Source: an uncultured Actinomycetes bacterium (GTDB lineage Bacteria; Actinomycetota; UBA4738; HRBIN12). From it: a stretch of DNA of 64,000 nucleotides. Position 1 is the stretch's first letter; each line of letters opens with the position of its first letter. Shown here in pieces: positions 28,243 through 38,556 of the stretch. The DNA lies in assembly GCA_963817235.1 (NCBI GenBank), contig CAWFNS010000006.1:204163-268162 (forward strand), given 5' to 3'. Below the pieces are notes generated by a model, which was not told where the DNA came from, did no database searches, and saw only the letters and a program-made list of their open reading frames with translations. The position numbers and the translations under genes were made by a program.

Positions 28243-29294
28243 GCCTCGGAGAGCCAGCCCGGCGACGGCAGTCCCGGGGTCGCCAGGACGAGCCACCGGA
28301 GCCGGCCGAGCGCCGCGGGGTCGATCAGGATCGTCGCCCTGCTCCGGCCCGACCACGTGCGGACGGCCTCGAGCCCCACGCGCGCCTGCAGCAGGTCCTG
28401 CTGCCGTTCGAGCTCGGACCGGAACCAGCCTTCGAACCCGAGCGCCATGAGCGCGGCCTGCTGCGTCACGCTCGGGAACGCCGTGAGGCCGCGCCGCTCG
28501 GCGTAGGAGGCGAGCGAGCCGAAGTCGACCCCGGAGGTGATGTCCGTCGATCCGGGCGCGTGCAGCACGTCCTCGACGACGCGGTGATCGCGGTAGCCGT
28601 GGACCGGCCCACCGGTCGTGCCGATGCCGCCGTAGTCGATCAGCAGCGCGTAGCCTCGCGTGAGGGTCGACGCCAGCCGATCGACGAACGCGTGGGCGCC
28701 GACCGGGATCACCTGCTCGCCGGGTCCGCCGGCCGCAGCGGTCACATCGTCGTCCTGCTCGGCCAGCGTCTCGACGAACCGATCCCCCTCGGCCGCGATC
28801 CGGACCTCGCGACCGTCGCGGACGATGCGGAACGGCAGGTTGTCCAGGAGCTCGTTCGCGATGACGACGTCGGCCGGCCCGTCGAGCTCGGTGCGCACGC
28901 CGATCCCGTCGATCGCCTCCAGCGACGCGCGCGCCGCCGCGCCGATCTCGACACCGACGTAGGCCGGCTCCAGATCCGCGAGCGCTTCGATGAGCTGACG
29001 TGCGAGCGTGCCGTCGCCGGCGCCGACCTCCGCGATCCGGAACGGCGCCGGGCGACCGAGCGCCTCGTGCATCCCGCGGACCGCTCGCCCGAGCAGCTCG
29101 CCGAAGATCGGATGGACGTGCGGGCTCGTGACGAAGTCACCGCGTGCGCCGACCGGTGTGCCTTCGAAGTAGCCGCCCGGCCCGTAGAGGGCGCGCTCCA
29201 TGAACTCGGAGAACGAGATCGGTCCGTGGTCGCGGATCGCGGCACGGATCGCGTCGGCGGCTCGTCTCCTGCACGCCTCGAAGTATGCGGTGAC
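28236..29294 (-). CDS. MidA/DUF185-type SAM-dependent methyltransferase (5' end uncertain, no canonical start codon found)
   Basis: C-terminal part of ORF 28236..29975. ISFSEFMERALYGPGGYF, GDFVTSPHVHPIFGELL, FRIAEVGAGDGTLARQL, VIANELLDNLPF. Confidence 0.7.
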   Translation of the reverse strand, partial: VTAYFEACRRRAADAIRAAIRDHGPISFSEFMERALYGPGGYFEGTPVGARGDFVTSPHVHPIFGELLGRAVRGMHEALGRPAPFRIAEVGAGDGTLARQLIEALADLEPAYVGVEIGAAARASLEAIDGIGVRTELDGPADVVIANELLDNLPFRIVRDGREVRIAAEGDRFVETLAEQDDDVTAAAGGPGEQVIPVGAHAFVDRLASTLTRGYALLIDYGGIGTTGGPVHGYRDHRVVEDVLHAPGSTDITSGVDFGSLASYAERRGLTAFPSVTQQAALMALGFEGWFRSELERQQDLLQARVGLEAVRTWSGRSRATILIDPAALGRLRWLVLATPGLPSPGWLSEAQ

Positions 29295-29297
29295 GCC

Positions 29298-29960
29298 GTG
29301 GCCTGCGAGGATAGGCGCCGTGGACGTTCCTCGATCCGGCCCGCGGCATCCGTTATCTGCGTGCGTGACGGCCGCGACGGCGACCCCGAGGTGCTGGTCG
29401 TGGAGCGGAGCGCCGCCAGCCGGTTCCTCCCCGGGTACGTGGCGTTCCCGGGCGGCGCGGTCGAGCCCGCGGACGCGTCGAGCGCCGCGCGGTGGTTCGG
29501 CAACGGCGGCGAGGTGCAGCGGGCGGCGGCGATCCGCGAGCTGATCGAGGAGGTGGGGCTGGCGTTGACGGCGGGAGGCCTGATCCGCTCGGGATCGCAC
29601 CAGCAGGTCGATGAGATGCCGCCCGCCGCCGATCGACTCGTCGAGATCTGCCACTGGGTCGCTCCGGAGGAGGTCCCGGTCCGGTTCGACGCTCGCTACT
29701 TCGTGGTGTCGGCGGGTCCCGGGCTCGAGCCGGAGCCGGACGGGACCGAGGTGGTCCGGGCCTGGTGGACGTCGCCCCGCGCCCTGCTGGCGGAGTGGGT
29801 GGCCGGCGCCCGCAAGCTCTACTGGCCGACGTGGTTCACCGTCAGCGAGCTGGCGGCCTGTACGTCGGTGGACACGGTGATCGCGCTCCGGTTCACCACG
29901 CGGGAGCCCGACCCCGAGGAGATGGCCGCGATGCCCACCCACGTGACGGAGCAGGGGTAG
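29298..29960 (+). CDS. NUDIX hydrolase
   Basis: Tail of ORF 26931..29960. Nudix box FPGGAVEP...AAAIRELIEEVGL. The start (GTG at 29298) is tentative. Confidence 0.7.
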   Translation: MACEDRRRGRSSIRPAASVICVRDGRDGDPEVLVVERSAASRFLPGYVAFPGGAVEPADASSAARWFGNGGEVQRAAAIRELIEEVGLALTAGGLIRSGSHQQVDEMPPAADRLVEICHWVAPEEVPVRFDARYFVVSAGPGLEPEPDGTEVVRAWWTSPRALLAEWVAGARKLYWPTWFTVSELAACTSVDTVIALRFTTREPDPEEMAAMPTHVTEQG

Positions 29961-29964
29961 GCGC

Positions 29965-30853
29965 GTGGTCCGCATCGTCCGGGTCCTCGCGCCGAACCCG
30001 AGCGTCTACACGCTCGAGGGAACGAACACGTGGATCGTCGGCGACGGCCCGACGATCGTGATCGATCCGGGTCCCGCGATCGCGGCCCACCTGGACGAGG
30101 TCCGCAGCGCGGCGGGCGACGTCGCGCACGTCCTCGTCACCCACGACCACGAGGACCACGGCGAGGGAGCGGGCGCGCTGGCCGAACGGGTCGGCGCACC
30201 GGTGTGGGCGTGGCGGCTCGACGGCGCGCAGCGCCTGAAGGACGGGCAGACGTTCGGGGCCGCCGGCGTCGAGCTGACGGCCGTGCACACGCCCGGTCAC
30301 AGCGCCGACCACGTGGTGTTCTTCGATCGCGGATCGCGCGCCCTCTTCACCGGGGACGCGGTCCTCGGGCGCGGCACCAGCTTCATCGATCCGCCCGACG
30401 GCGACCTCGCGAAGTACCTGGCGTCGTTGCGACGGATGCTCGATCTCGACGCGACGACGATCCATCCCGGACACGGTCCGATCGTGCTGGACGCGAACGC
30501 GAAGCTCCACGAGTACCTCGCGCATCGCGCCGAACGCGAGGAGGAGGTGCTCGTCGCGTTGCGGACCGGTCCGCGCGACGTGGACGGGCTCGTCGCGGAG
30601 ATCTACCCGGAACAACCGGACGAGGTGCGCGCAGCTGGCGGCCCGGACGGTGACCGCCCAGTTGCTCAAGCTGGCGGCGGAGGGACGCGTCGACAAACGC
30701 GGACGGGGCGCCAAACAGACGTGGGAGATCGCGGAGCCGCGGACGTGCGCCCGGTGCGGCCGAGACATCAAGGGGAAGGCGCGGTACTGCGGGCCGTGTT
30801 CGCTGGCGTTGCTCCAGGGGGCCGACGACACGCCGCAGGGAGCGAGCGGGTAG
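29965..30853 (+). CDS. MBL-fold metallo-hydrolase with C-terminal winged-helix/zinc-ribbon-like tail (frame disruption near 30635)
   Basis: THDHEDH (HxHxDH), TPGHSADH, HPGHG. The tail LLKLAAEGRVDKRG...CARCGRDIKGKARYCGPC is in ORF 30650..30853. Confidence 0.8.
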
Positions 30854-30870
30854 CGCGCCGAGCCGCCCGA

Positions 30871-31446
30871 TCAGGACCGAACCACGCGCAAGCGAGCGCC
30901 GACCACGTAGCGGCCGCGCCGCCGCCGGGCGATCCGACCGGACGCGAGCAACGCGGCGAGCGCACGGTTCGCGGACTCGCGAGAGGTGCCGGCCAGCCCC
31001 GCGATGTCCTCCTGCGTCAGGGTCAGCGGGATGAGCGTCCCGCCTTCGACCGGCCGCCCGAACCGCGCCGCCAGATCGATCAGCCGGTGCTCGACGCGGG
31101 TCCGGACGTCCCGCCAGGCCAGATCGCAGGCCAGGCGCGTGGCCCGATGCGAACGCGCGGCCAGGAGCGGGGCCGACGCGGAGACCGCCAGCGGCCGGAG
31201 CCTGGCCGGCCGGATCGCGCCGACCGTGAGCATCGAGGGTGCCGATCCCGGTTCGCCGACCAGGTCGCCGGGCCCGAGGAGGTCGACGATCAGCTCACGT
31301 CCCTCCGGTGAGAGCGTGGCGGTGCGCAGGATGCCGGACTCGATCGTCCACAAGCCGCGGCTGACCTCGCCCTGGCGGATCAGGCACCGCCCGGCGGGCA
31401 GGATCACGAGGGGGAGTGGTTCGAGCCCCTCCGGGCGCTGGAGCAT
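30871..31446 (-). CDS. Crp/Fnr-family transcriptional regulator
   Basis: M36 of ORF 30871..31551. cNMP-binding beta-barrel (LIRQGEVSRGLWTIESGILR...GPGDLVGE). C-terminal HTH LTQEDIAGLAGTSRESANRALAAL. Confidence 0.8.
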   Translation of the reverse strand: MLQRPEGLEPLPLVILPAGRCLIRQGEVSRGLWTIESGILRTATLSPEGRELIVDLLGPGDLVGEPGSAPSMLTVGAIRPARLRPLAVSASAPLLAARSHRATRLACDLAWRDVRTRVEHRLIDLAARFGRPVEGGTLIPLTLTQEDIAGLAGTSRESANRALAALLASGRIARRRRGRYVVGARLRVVRS

Positions 31447-31544
31447 CCGCACCACCCGCGCGCGACCGTACCCGTCGGCACCGACACGGACTTCCCCTGG
31501 CCGTCGCCGAGCCGATAGGCTGTGCCGACACCGAGGAGGGGACC

Positions 31545-31967
31545 GTGGCAAAGCCCAAGCTCGACGAGGTTCTCGGATACGTTCCGCTGTTCCATGACCT
31601 GCCGAAGCGCCATCTCAAACAGCTCGCGAGCCTGTGCGACGTGGCCGAGTACATGCCCGACGCGGCGATCGTGAAGGAGGGTGAGCCGGGCGACGCGTTC
31701 TTCGTGGTCCTGAAGGGACAGGCGAAGGTGACGGTGCACAACCGGTTCGTGCAGCGGCTCCTCCCCGGCGATCACTTCGGTGAGATCGCCGTCCTCGACG
31801 GCGGCGAGCGGACGGCGACCGTCCGCAGCGAGACGCCGATGCAGCTGGTGATCCTCACCCGCCGCGATCTGATGAAGGCGTTGAAGGCCGATCCGAGCCT
31901 GTCGGTGAACCTGCTGACCGAACTCTCGAAGATGATCCGGCGCCTCACCAAGAGCCCCGTCGGCTGA
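31545..31967 (+). CDS. Stand-alone cyclic-nucleotide-binding domain protein
   Basis: GTG at 31545 preceded by GAGGAGGGG. VPLFHDLPKRHLKQLA...IVKEGEPGDAFFVVLKGQAKV...GDHFGEIAVLDGGERTATV. Confidence 0.8.
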   Translation: MAKPKLDEVLGYVPLFHDLPKRHLKQLASLCDVAEYMPDAAIVKEGEPGDAFFVVLKGQAKVTVHNRFVQRLLPGDHFGEIAVLDGGERTATVRSETPMQLVILTRRDLMKALKADPSLSVNLLTELSKMIRRLTKSPVG

Positions 31968-31983
31968 GCGGGCCGCGCTCGCG

Positions 31984-32355
31984 ATGAGGGTCGAGTTCTA
32001 CGCGCCCGACGACGAGGCGAAGTCGACCGTCGCCACGGCCGCGTGGGACGGCCGTGACGTCACGATCACGTGCGACGACGAGCACCGGCGTGCCGAGCTG
32101 GCCCATGCGTTCCGCCGGACCTCGGTCGTGACCGACGATGCCGCCTACCGGCGGCTGGGCACGTCGGGCGAGGCGGCGATCCAGCCGGGCGATCTGGAGT
32201 GGTTCCGCGCGTCGGCGCAGGTGCGTGTTCGGGCGGAGGTCGGCCTGCATGCGAGGTTCGTCCCCGGCGCGATCATCGGCGGCTTCGACCCGGCCGCGGG
32301 GTACCGCACGTTCGAGGATCAGATCGAACGGCTCGACGCGCAGACACGCGACTGA
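31984..32355 (+). CDS. Hypothetical protein
   Basis: 123-aa ORF with GC3-rich codon usage, compactly placed between neighbouring genes. No motif recognised. Confidence 0.5.
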   Translation: MRVEFYAPDDEAKSTVATAAWDGRDVTITCDDEHRRAELAHAFRRTSVVTDDAAYRRLGTSGEAAIQPGDLEWFRASAQVRVRAEVGLHARFVPGAIIGGFDPAAGYRTFEDQIERLDAQTRD

Positions 32356-32366
32356 CGTCCGGCGGC

Positions 32367-35300
32367 TCAGCCGTTCTCGGCGAGCCAGGCGCTGCCCGCG
32401 TCGCAGAAGCTCCGGAAATCGCAATGCGTGCACCATCGACCGGGCGTCGGCTCGAAGGCCCGATCGCCGATCGCCGTCAAGGAGGCCTCGACGCGGGTGC
32501 GCACGTCGGTCGGGTCGGTCATCGGCTGGGACACGATCTCGTCCTTCGCCAGGTAGCAGTAGCTGAGGGTCAGGTCCTCGGGGCGTTTGCCCCAGATCTC
32601 GACCGAGGCCAGCCCGTAGAGCTCCAGCTGCAACGGGTCGGCCGTCCCCATGCCGGTCTTCCAGTCGACGATCTCCCACGGGCCGTCGGGCTCGCCGTAG
32701 ATCGCGTCGATGCGTCCTCCGACCGTGAAGGCGCCGACCCGAAGGAGGAACGGCCGCTCCGCGAACAGCGGCACGACGCCGGCGAACCGCGACGCGAGGA
32801 ACGCGTCGCGCAGGCGTCCGACGCGGCCGGGGTCGCCGGCGAGCTCCTCGTGGGTGAGATCGACCGGGTCGTCGGCCTCGAGCAGCTGCCCTTGGCCGCT
32901 CGCCCGGCGCTCGATCCACCGGTGGATCTCGGTGCCGATGCGCGCGGCCGGTCCGCTGAACCGGGGAAGCGGGCGGACGCTGGTCCAGTAGAAGCGCTTC
33001 GGGCAGGTCGCGTAGTCGATGACGCCGCCGACGCTCACCGTGGTGAGGACCCGATCGCGGTCCCCACCGGCGTCGCCCGCCGAGCGCTCGCGCAGGTGGG
33101 AGGCCAGGGTCCGGCGGTCGGAGGCCAGCTCCTCGAACGACCGGCGGTCGGCCTCGCCGAGCGCTTCCACGAGGGACGGTTGGACGGCATCGAGCGCAGC
33201 GTGCCGCCAGCCGTCCTCGAACAGTTCGTCGCCGTCGTCCGGCCGGGCGGGTCCGGGCCAGGGCCGCACGAACGATGCGCGCAGGCCGAGCATCGGGTTG
33301 TCGGCCGAGGCCTCCGCGGGGCCGCGCTCGACGGCCGCCATCCCGGTCGCGGCGCCCCAGTCCAGCAGCTCATCCAGGAAGCGGCTCGCCTTCTTCGGCA
33401 TCTGGTTGTCGCCGTACCAGAACGCCCCGCTCACGTGGAGGGTCCGGCGTGCACGCGTGAGCGCGACGTAGGCGGTGCGGCGTTCCTCGACGATCTCCTG
33501 CGCGGCCAGCGCCTCCTTGAAACGGCTGACGTTCCCGTCGAAGGTCGGAAGGATCGCGGCGTCCCCGCGGAGCTCGAAGTCGAGCGACTTGCCCCGCTCC
33601 GCCGGGTTCTGCGGCACGGTCGGGTTCGGCAGCAGTCCGTGCGCGACGCCCGGCACGAACACGTGGTCGAACTCCAGGCCCTTCGCGACGTGGATCGTCA
33701 TGACCTTCACCGAGTCCTCGTCCGAGGGCTGCACCGGCGCCCAGTCCTGCTTGTCGAGCGCCTCGACGGCGTCGACGTACTCGAGGAACGCGCGCAGGGT
33801 CAGTTCTCCCTCGACGGGCTCGAACCCGTGGACCTCGTCGAGGAACGCGGCGAGGTTCCGCCGGGCGGCGAGCGCGTGCCCCCGGTCGACGTCCGCGTCC
33901 AGCTCGTCCACGATGCCGATCCGACGGATCACCTCGCCGAGGAACTCACCGACCGGCTTCCGCGCCTCCACGCGGAGCTCGCGGAGTTCGTCGCGGAACT
34001 CCAGCAGGCGAGCCCTGCCCTCGTCCGAGAGGTCCTCGATCTCATCGAGCCGCTCGAGGGCCTCGGCGAACAGGAACGGCTCCGCCTCGACGTCGTCCTC
34101 CGTCATGTACTCGCGCATCGCCTTGCTCTGGATCGTCGCCAGTCGGGCGACCAGCGCCAGATCCTTGAAGCCGACGCGGTAGCGCGGGCCGAGGAGGATC
34201 CGGGCGAGCGCGACGGAGGCCTTGGGGTCAAGCACGGCGCGCGCGTACGCGAGGACCTCCACCACCTCCGGCTGCTTCAGCAGGCCGGCGAGGCCCAGGA
34301 TCTCGACCGGCACGTCGTGCTCGTCGAACGCGCGCTGGAGCAGGCCGAACAGGCGCGAGGTCCGGCAGAGCACGGCGACGTCGGACCACCGGGCGCCGTC
34401 CTCGTGGAGCCGCGACACGGCGCGCGCGATCGCCCGCGCCTCGGTCCACTCGTCCTGCACGCGCGTGACCCACACCGCACCGTCGCCGTTCGGCGGGTAC
34501 GGGCGGAGCTGCTTGTCGGGGTCGGGCCGTTGCGCCTCGGGGACCGGCGCGATGATCGTGTCCGCCGCCGCCAGGATGCGGGCCCCCGATCGGAAGTTCG
34601 TGTAGAGCGGCAGCCGCGCGGCGGGCCGGCCGTCCGCCCGGGGGAACCGCTGCGGGAAGTCCAGGAGGTTGTAGAGCGACGCGCCGCGCCACGCGTAGAT
34701 GTTCTGATCGGGGTCCCCGACCGCCATCACCGGGTGGCCCTGCCCGAACAGCGTCCACATCAGCTCGGCCTGCGCGACGTTCGTGTCCTGGTACTCGTCC
34801 AGCAACACGGCCTGGAACCGCGCGCGGTGGTCGGCGACGATCTCCGGGATGGCGCGCAACGACCGAGATCGCGCGGTCGATCTGATCGCCGAAATCGAGC
34901 ACGCCGAGCTCGCGCTTCAGCTCCCGGTAGCGGCCGGCGGCGTGCGCCAGCTCCAGCCGTTCCTGCGCCGCCGTGTACACGCGGTTCGACCGCGCGTTCT
35001 TCAGCAGCTCGAGCCGTGCCGCGACGTGCGCTTCGATCTCCGGTGGTGTGACGCGGTGGTTCTGCGCCTGCTCGTCCAGCTCCAGGATCTTCGAGACCAG
35101 CGACGGCTGCCACGTGGCGGAGGCGTGCTCGAACGTCATCTCGTCGAGCACGCGGCCGCACAGCTCGCTGCGCTGCGCCTGCGTCAGCACGCGCGCGCCC
35201 GGCTCGAAGCCCGCGAGCACCCCGTACCGCTCGAGGATCGACGCCGCGAACCCGTGGTAGTTCAGGATCTCCGGTTCCTCCCCCTCGGGGAGCTCGAGCG

Positions 35301-35604
35301 CGGCGAGCGCGCGGCGGACGCGGAGCCGCAGGTTCTCCGTGGCCTTGTTCGTGAAGGTGAGGCAGAGCACGTTGCCCGGCAGCACGCCCTCGGCGGGGTC
35401 GACACCCTCGATCCGGCCGAGGGCCGCGAGCGCGAGGTAGACGACGCGGGCCGCCATCACCGAGGTCTTGCCCGAGCCGGCCCCCGCCACGAGCACGCAC
35501 GGTTCGAGCGGCCACGCGATCGCGTCCCACTGCTCCTCGGTGGGATCGGCGCCCATCGCGGTCGCGATCTCCGCGGGCACGAGCGTCGGGCGCACCGCGG
35601 TCAC
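32367..35604 (-). CDS. adnB: UvrD/PcrA-type helicase with C-terminal RecB-like nuclease, AdnB-like (frame disruption near 34860)
   Basis: GTG at 35604 overlaps the upstream stop (GTGA). Walker A VAGAGSGKTS. LLDEYQDTN. C-terminal nuclease with Cys cluster RWCTHCDFRSFC. Confidence 0.75.
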
Positions 35605-38459
35605 GTCGCCACCTCGAAGACCGGCCGCCCCTCGGGCCACAGCGGGCAGAGGCTCCGGAAGTCGCACCAGTAGCAGTCGGCCTGCGGGTTCGGCCGGTAG
35701 ACCTCCTCCGCGAGGAGCCGACGCTGCTCGGCGATCAGCCGCGACAGCGCGGCGCGGACGGCGGCCTGGTACGCCTCCTCCTTGCCGTGCGTGACCATCC
35801 ACGGCTTCACCACGATCTCGCCCGTGCGCCAGTGCCCCTTCAGGTACGCGAGCTCGATCGCGCGAACCGGCCGGAACGGCGCCAGCTCTTCCGACTCCTG
35901 CACCGCGAGGTAGTAGATGCCCAGCTGGAGGCTCTCCTCCGCTTTCGGCCCGGCGTCGGGGTTGCCGGTCTTGAAGTCGGTGATCCGCGTGCCGCCGGAC
36001 TCGAGCTCCCCGATCCGGTCGATCACCCCGACGATCGTCACGCCGTCGAACCCGAACTCGAAGAACGCCTCGTTCGCGAGCGACCGGCCCTCGCCGTAGG
36101 CGTGCCACCAGTTCGGGAACATCTTCGTCTCGACCAGGTGGCGGTACGCGGCGGAGACGGCCTTCGACGGGAACTCCTGCTCGCGCCATCGCTCGTCGAC
36201 CGCCTGCAGGATCGCCTCTTTCGTCTTCGGGATCTCGCCGATCTCGCACCGCTCGATCAACCCGTGCACGAGCTTCCCGACCCAGGCCTGGTACCCGGCG
36301 GCGCGGCCGAGCCCGAGCTCGTCGCCGAGCACGTGCTGCAGCTCGCAGTTCTCGAGCGTCGACAGCCGCGAGTAGCTGAGCCGGAGCGCGTCGTGCAGCG
36401 GCCGGCCGGTCTCGGTCCAGTCGCGCTGGAACCACCATCGGGAGGCGTCGGTCCCCAGCGCCCGCAGCCCCTCGAGCGCGGCGAGGCGGCGCCACGCCGC
36501 GAGTCCGGGGTCGGCGAGCTGTCGCCGCCAGAGCGCGGCGGCCTCGGGGGTGGAGACGGGCTGATCGAAGGGCGGCTCGGGCGCCGGCTGCCAGGTGGCG
36601 CCGACCTCGCGCACGAACCGCGTGCGCTGCGTGAGCTCGTCGGCGTCGGCGTGCGTGTCGGAGGCGACCAGGACGACCCGCCGTCGCGCGCGGCCGAGCA
36701 CCAACCGGAACAGCCGGCGCTCGTCCTCCAGGCGATCGCGGATGCGCTCCGACCGGGACGGGGTGTGCCGCAGCGCGTCCAGGTCGAACATCGGCTCGGG
36801 GCGCGAGAGCGACGGGAAGTTCCCCTCGACCGCGCCGGCGACGACAACGGCGTCGAACTCGAGGCCCGCGGTCCCGTGCGCGGTGAGCACCTGGACCGCG
36901 TCGGTCCGAGCGGCGTCCAGAGCCGTCCACCCCGGCCCGTGTTCGCCGGCGTCCAGCGCCTCGAGGAACGCCGACACGCTCGCGTCGCCGCCCTCGCCGG
37001 CGTCGGCGACCGCGTTCGCGAAGCTCACGACGGTGTCGAGCGCGCGCCGGTCCTCGGCGTCCTCGACCAGCCGGCGCGAGCACGGGAGCTGCTCCCAGAG
37101 CACGCGGAAGGCGTCCTGCACCGACATCCCCGCGAACAACGCTGCCTTCGCGAGGGTCTCGCGCGCGGCGACGAGCGCGTCCGCCTCGGCCGGATCGAGG
37201 CCGTCCGTCAGCTCGAGCGCGTCGGCGGCCGGCCGTCCGGCCGCCGTCACCCGTCGGACCAGTCCCCTGGCGGCCGCGGGCGACAGGCCGACGACGTCGG
37301 ACGTGAGCAACGGCTCGATCAGCTCCTGGCGGGCGGGCTCGTCGGCGACGAGCCAACGCAGCGCCAGGACGTAGGGGTGGGTCGCGGGAGCGCTGCGGAG
37401 CGACAGGCCGCGCTCCGGCACCGCGCGCGGGATCTGCGCGTCGTCGAGGGCCCGCAGGAGGTTCCCGACGTGCGTGCCCTGCCGGCGAACGACGACCGCG
37501 AGCCCGCCCCACGGCGTCGCGTCCTCCACGTGGAGGCGCCGGAGCTCGCGCGCGATGGCGGCGTGTTCCTCGGAGGCGTGCGGGGCGACCCACGCGACCA
37601 CCGTCGGCGGTGCGTCGGCCCGGTGGTTGACGCGCAGCTCCACCCGGACGGAACCGTCGAAGACCTCCCCGAACCGATCGAGCGGCACCCGCGTCGTCCC
37701 CTGGAACGAGAAGACGTGCGCGTCGGGATCGGCGCCCACCACGAGGTCCGGCGCCGCGAGCCCGCGGAGGATCGCCTCCGCCGCGAGCGTCGTGTCCTGG
37801 TAGTCGTCGACGAGGACGTGGTCGAACAGCGCCGGGAGCTCGGCGGTGGCCAAGGCCGCGCGCTGCAGCAACCCCGCGAAGTCCACCTGGTTCGCCGACG
37901 CCAGCACGTCGAGGTACTCCCCGTAGAACCGAGCGAGTTCCTGCCATCCCGACAGGCCGGCGTGCGTCGCCGCCTCGGCAAGATCGTCCGGCATCCACAG
38001 GGACTCCTGCGCGCGGGCGAGCAACTGCCGGACCTCGTCGGCGAACCCCCGGACGCCGAGCAGCCCGCCGTAGGCGGGCCACGCGTCCGGGTCCTGGCCG
38101 GCCAGCAGCTCGCGCACCGTGGCGAACTGGTCCGCGGCGGAGAGCACCTCGGGCGGCTCGCCCTCGCGTTCCTTGAGGACGCGGTGCGCGAGCCCGTGGA
38201 ACGTCAGGACGCGGAGCCCGGGCAGCGAGGCGTCGAGCCGCGCCAGGAGGGCGGCGCGGTCGTCATCGCGGGCCCGGCGGGAGCCGACGACGAGGGCGAC
38301 CCGTTCCGGCTGCGCGCCCGCTTCGATCAGCCGCGCGAACCGCTCGCGGAGGGCGGCGGTCTTGCCGGTTCCCGCGCCGCCGGTGACCAGCATCGAACCA
38401 TCCCGGTGCTCCAAGATCCGGGACTGCTGGGCGTCGGGGGAGAAGGGCGGGGCCGCCAC
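35601..38459 (-). CDS. adnA: UvrD-like helicase/RecB-like nuclease subunit, AdnA-like
   Basis: Lower part of ORF 35601..39275. GGAGTGKTAAL, LVDDYQDTT, nuclease module and C-terminal ADCYWCDFRSLC. The start (GTG at 38459) is tentative because the frame stays open into the upstream gene. Confidence 0.7.
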   Translation of the reverse strand: MAAPPFSPDAQQSRILEHRDGSMLVTGGAGTGKTAALRERFARLIEAGAQPERVALVVGSRRARDDDRAALLARLDASLPGLRVLTFHGLAHRVLKEREGEPPEVLSAADQFATVRELLAGQDPDAWPAYGGLLGVRGFADEVRQLLARAQESLWMPDDLAEAATHAGLSGWQELARFYGEYLDVLASANQVDFAGLLQRAALATAELPALFDHVLVDDYQDTTLAAEAILRGLAAPDLVVGADPDAHVFSFQGTTRVPLDRFGEVFDGSVRVELRVNHRADAPPTVVAWVAPHASEEHAAIARELRRLHVEDATPWGGLAVVVRRQGTHVGNLLRALDDAQIPRAVPERGLSLRSAPATHPYVLALRWLVADEPARQELIEPLLTSDVVGLSPAAARGLVRRVTAAGRPAADALELTDGLDPAEADALVAARETLAKAALFAGMSVQDAFRVLWEQLPCSRRLVEDAEDRRALDTVVSFANAVADAGEGGDASVSAFLEALDAGEHGPGWTALDAARTDAVQVLTAHGTAGLEFDAVVVAGAVEGNFPSLSRPEPMFDLDALRHTPSRSERIRDRLEDERRLFRLVLGRARRRVVLVASDTHADADELTQRTRFVREVGATWQPAPEPPFDQPVSTPEAAALWRRQLADPGLAAWRRLAALEGLRALGTDASRWWFQRDWTETGRPLHDALRLSYSRLSTLENCELQHVLGDELGLGRAAGYQAWVGKLVHGLIERCEIGEIPKTKEAILQAVDERWREQEFPSKAVSAAYRHLVETKMFPNWWHAYGEGRSLANEAFFEFGFDGVTIVGVIDRIGELESGGTRITDFKTGNPDAGPKAEESLQLGIYYLAVQESEELAPFRPVRAIELAYLKGHWRTGEIVVKPWMVTHGKEEAYQAAVRAALSRLIAEQRRLLAEEVYRPNPQADCYWCDFRSLCPLWPEGRPVFEVAT

Positions 38460-38556
38460 GTCCGCGATGCTACCGGGCCTCGCCGACACCTCGGTCAGAG
38501 ATCGGGGCGGGGCGGGACCTCTGCCCGGTCGGGACGCAGGCGCCGGGTCCACCTGT

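Noticed and set aside
31447-31544. A Crp-binding site in the Crp / cNMP-protein divergent region (TGTGCCGACAC).
   Set aside because: The half-site spacing (TGTG-N4-CAC) does not fit the TGTGA-N6-TCACA consensus.
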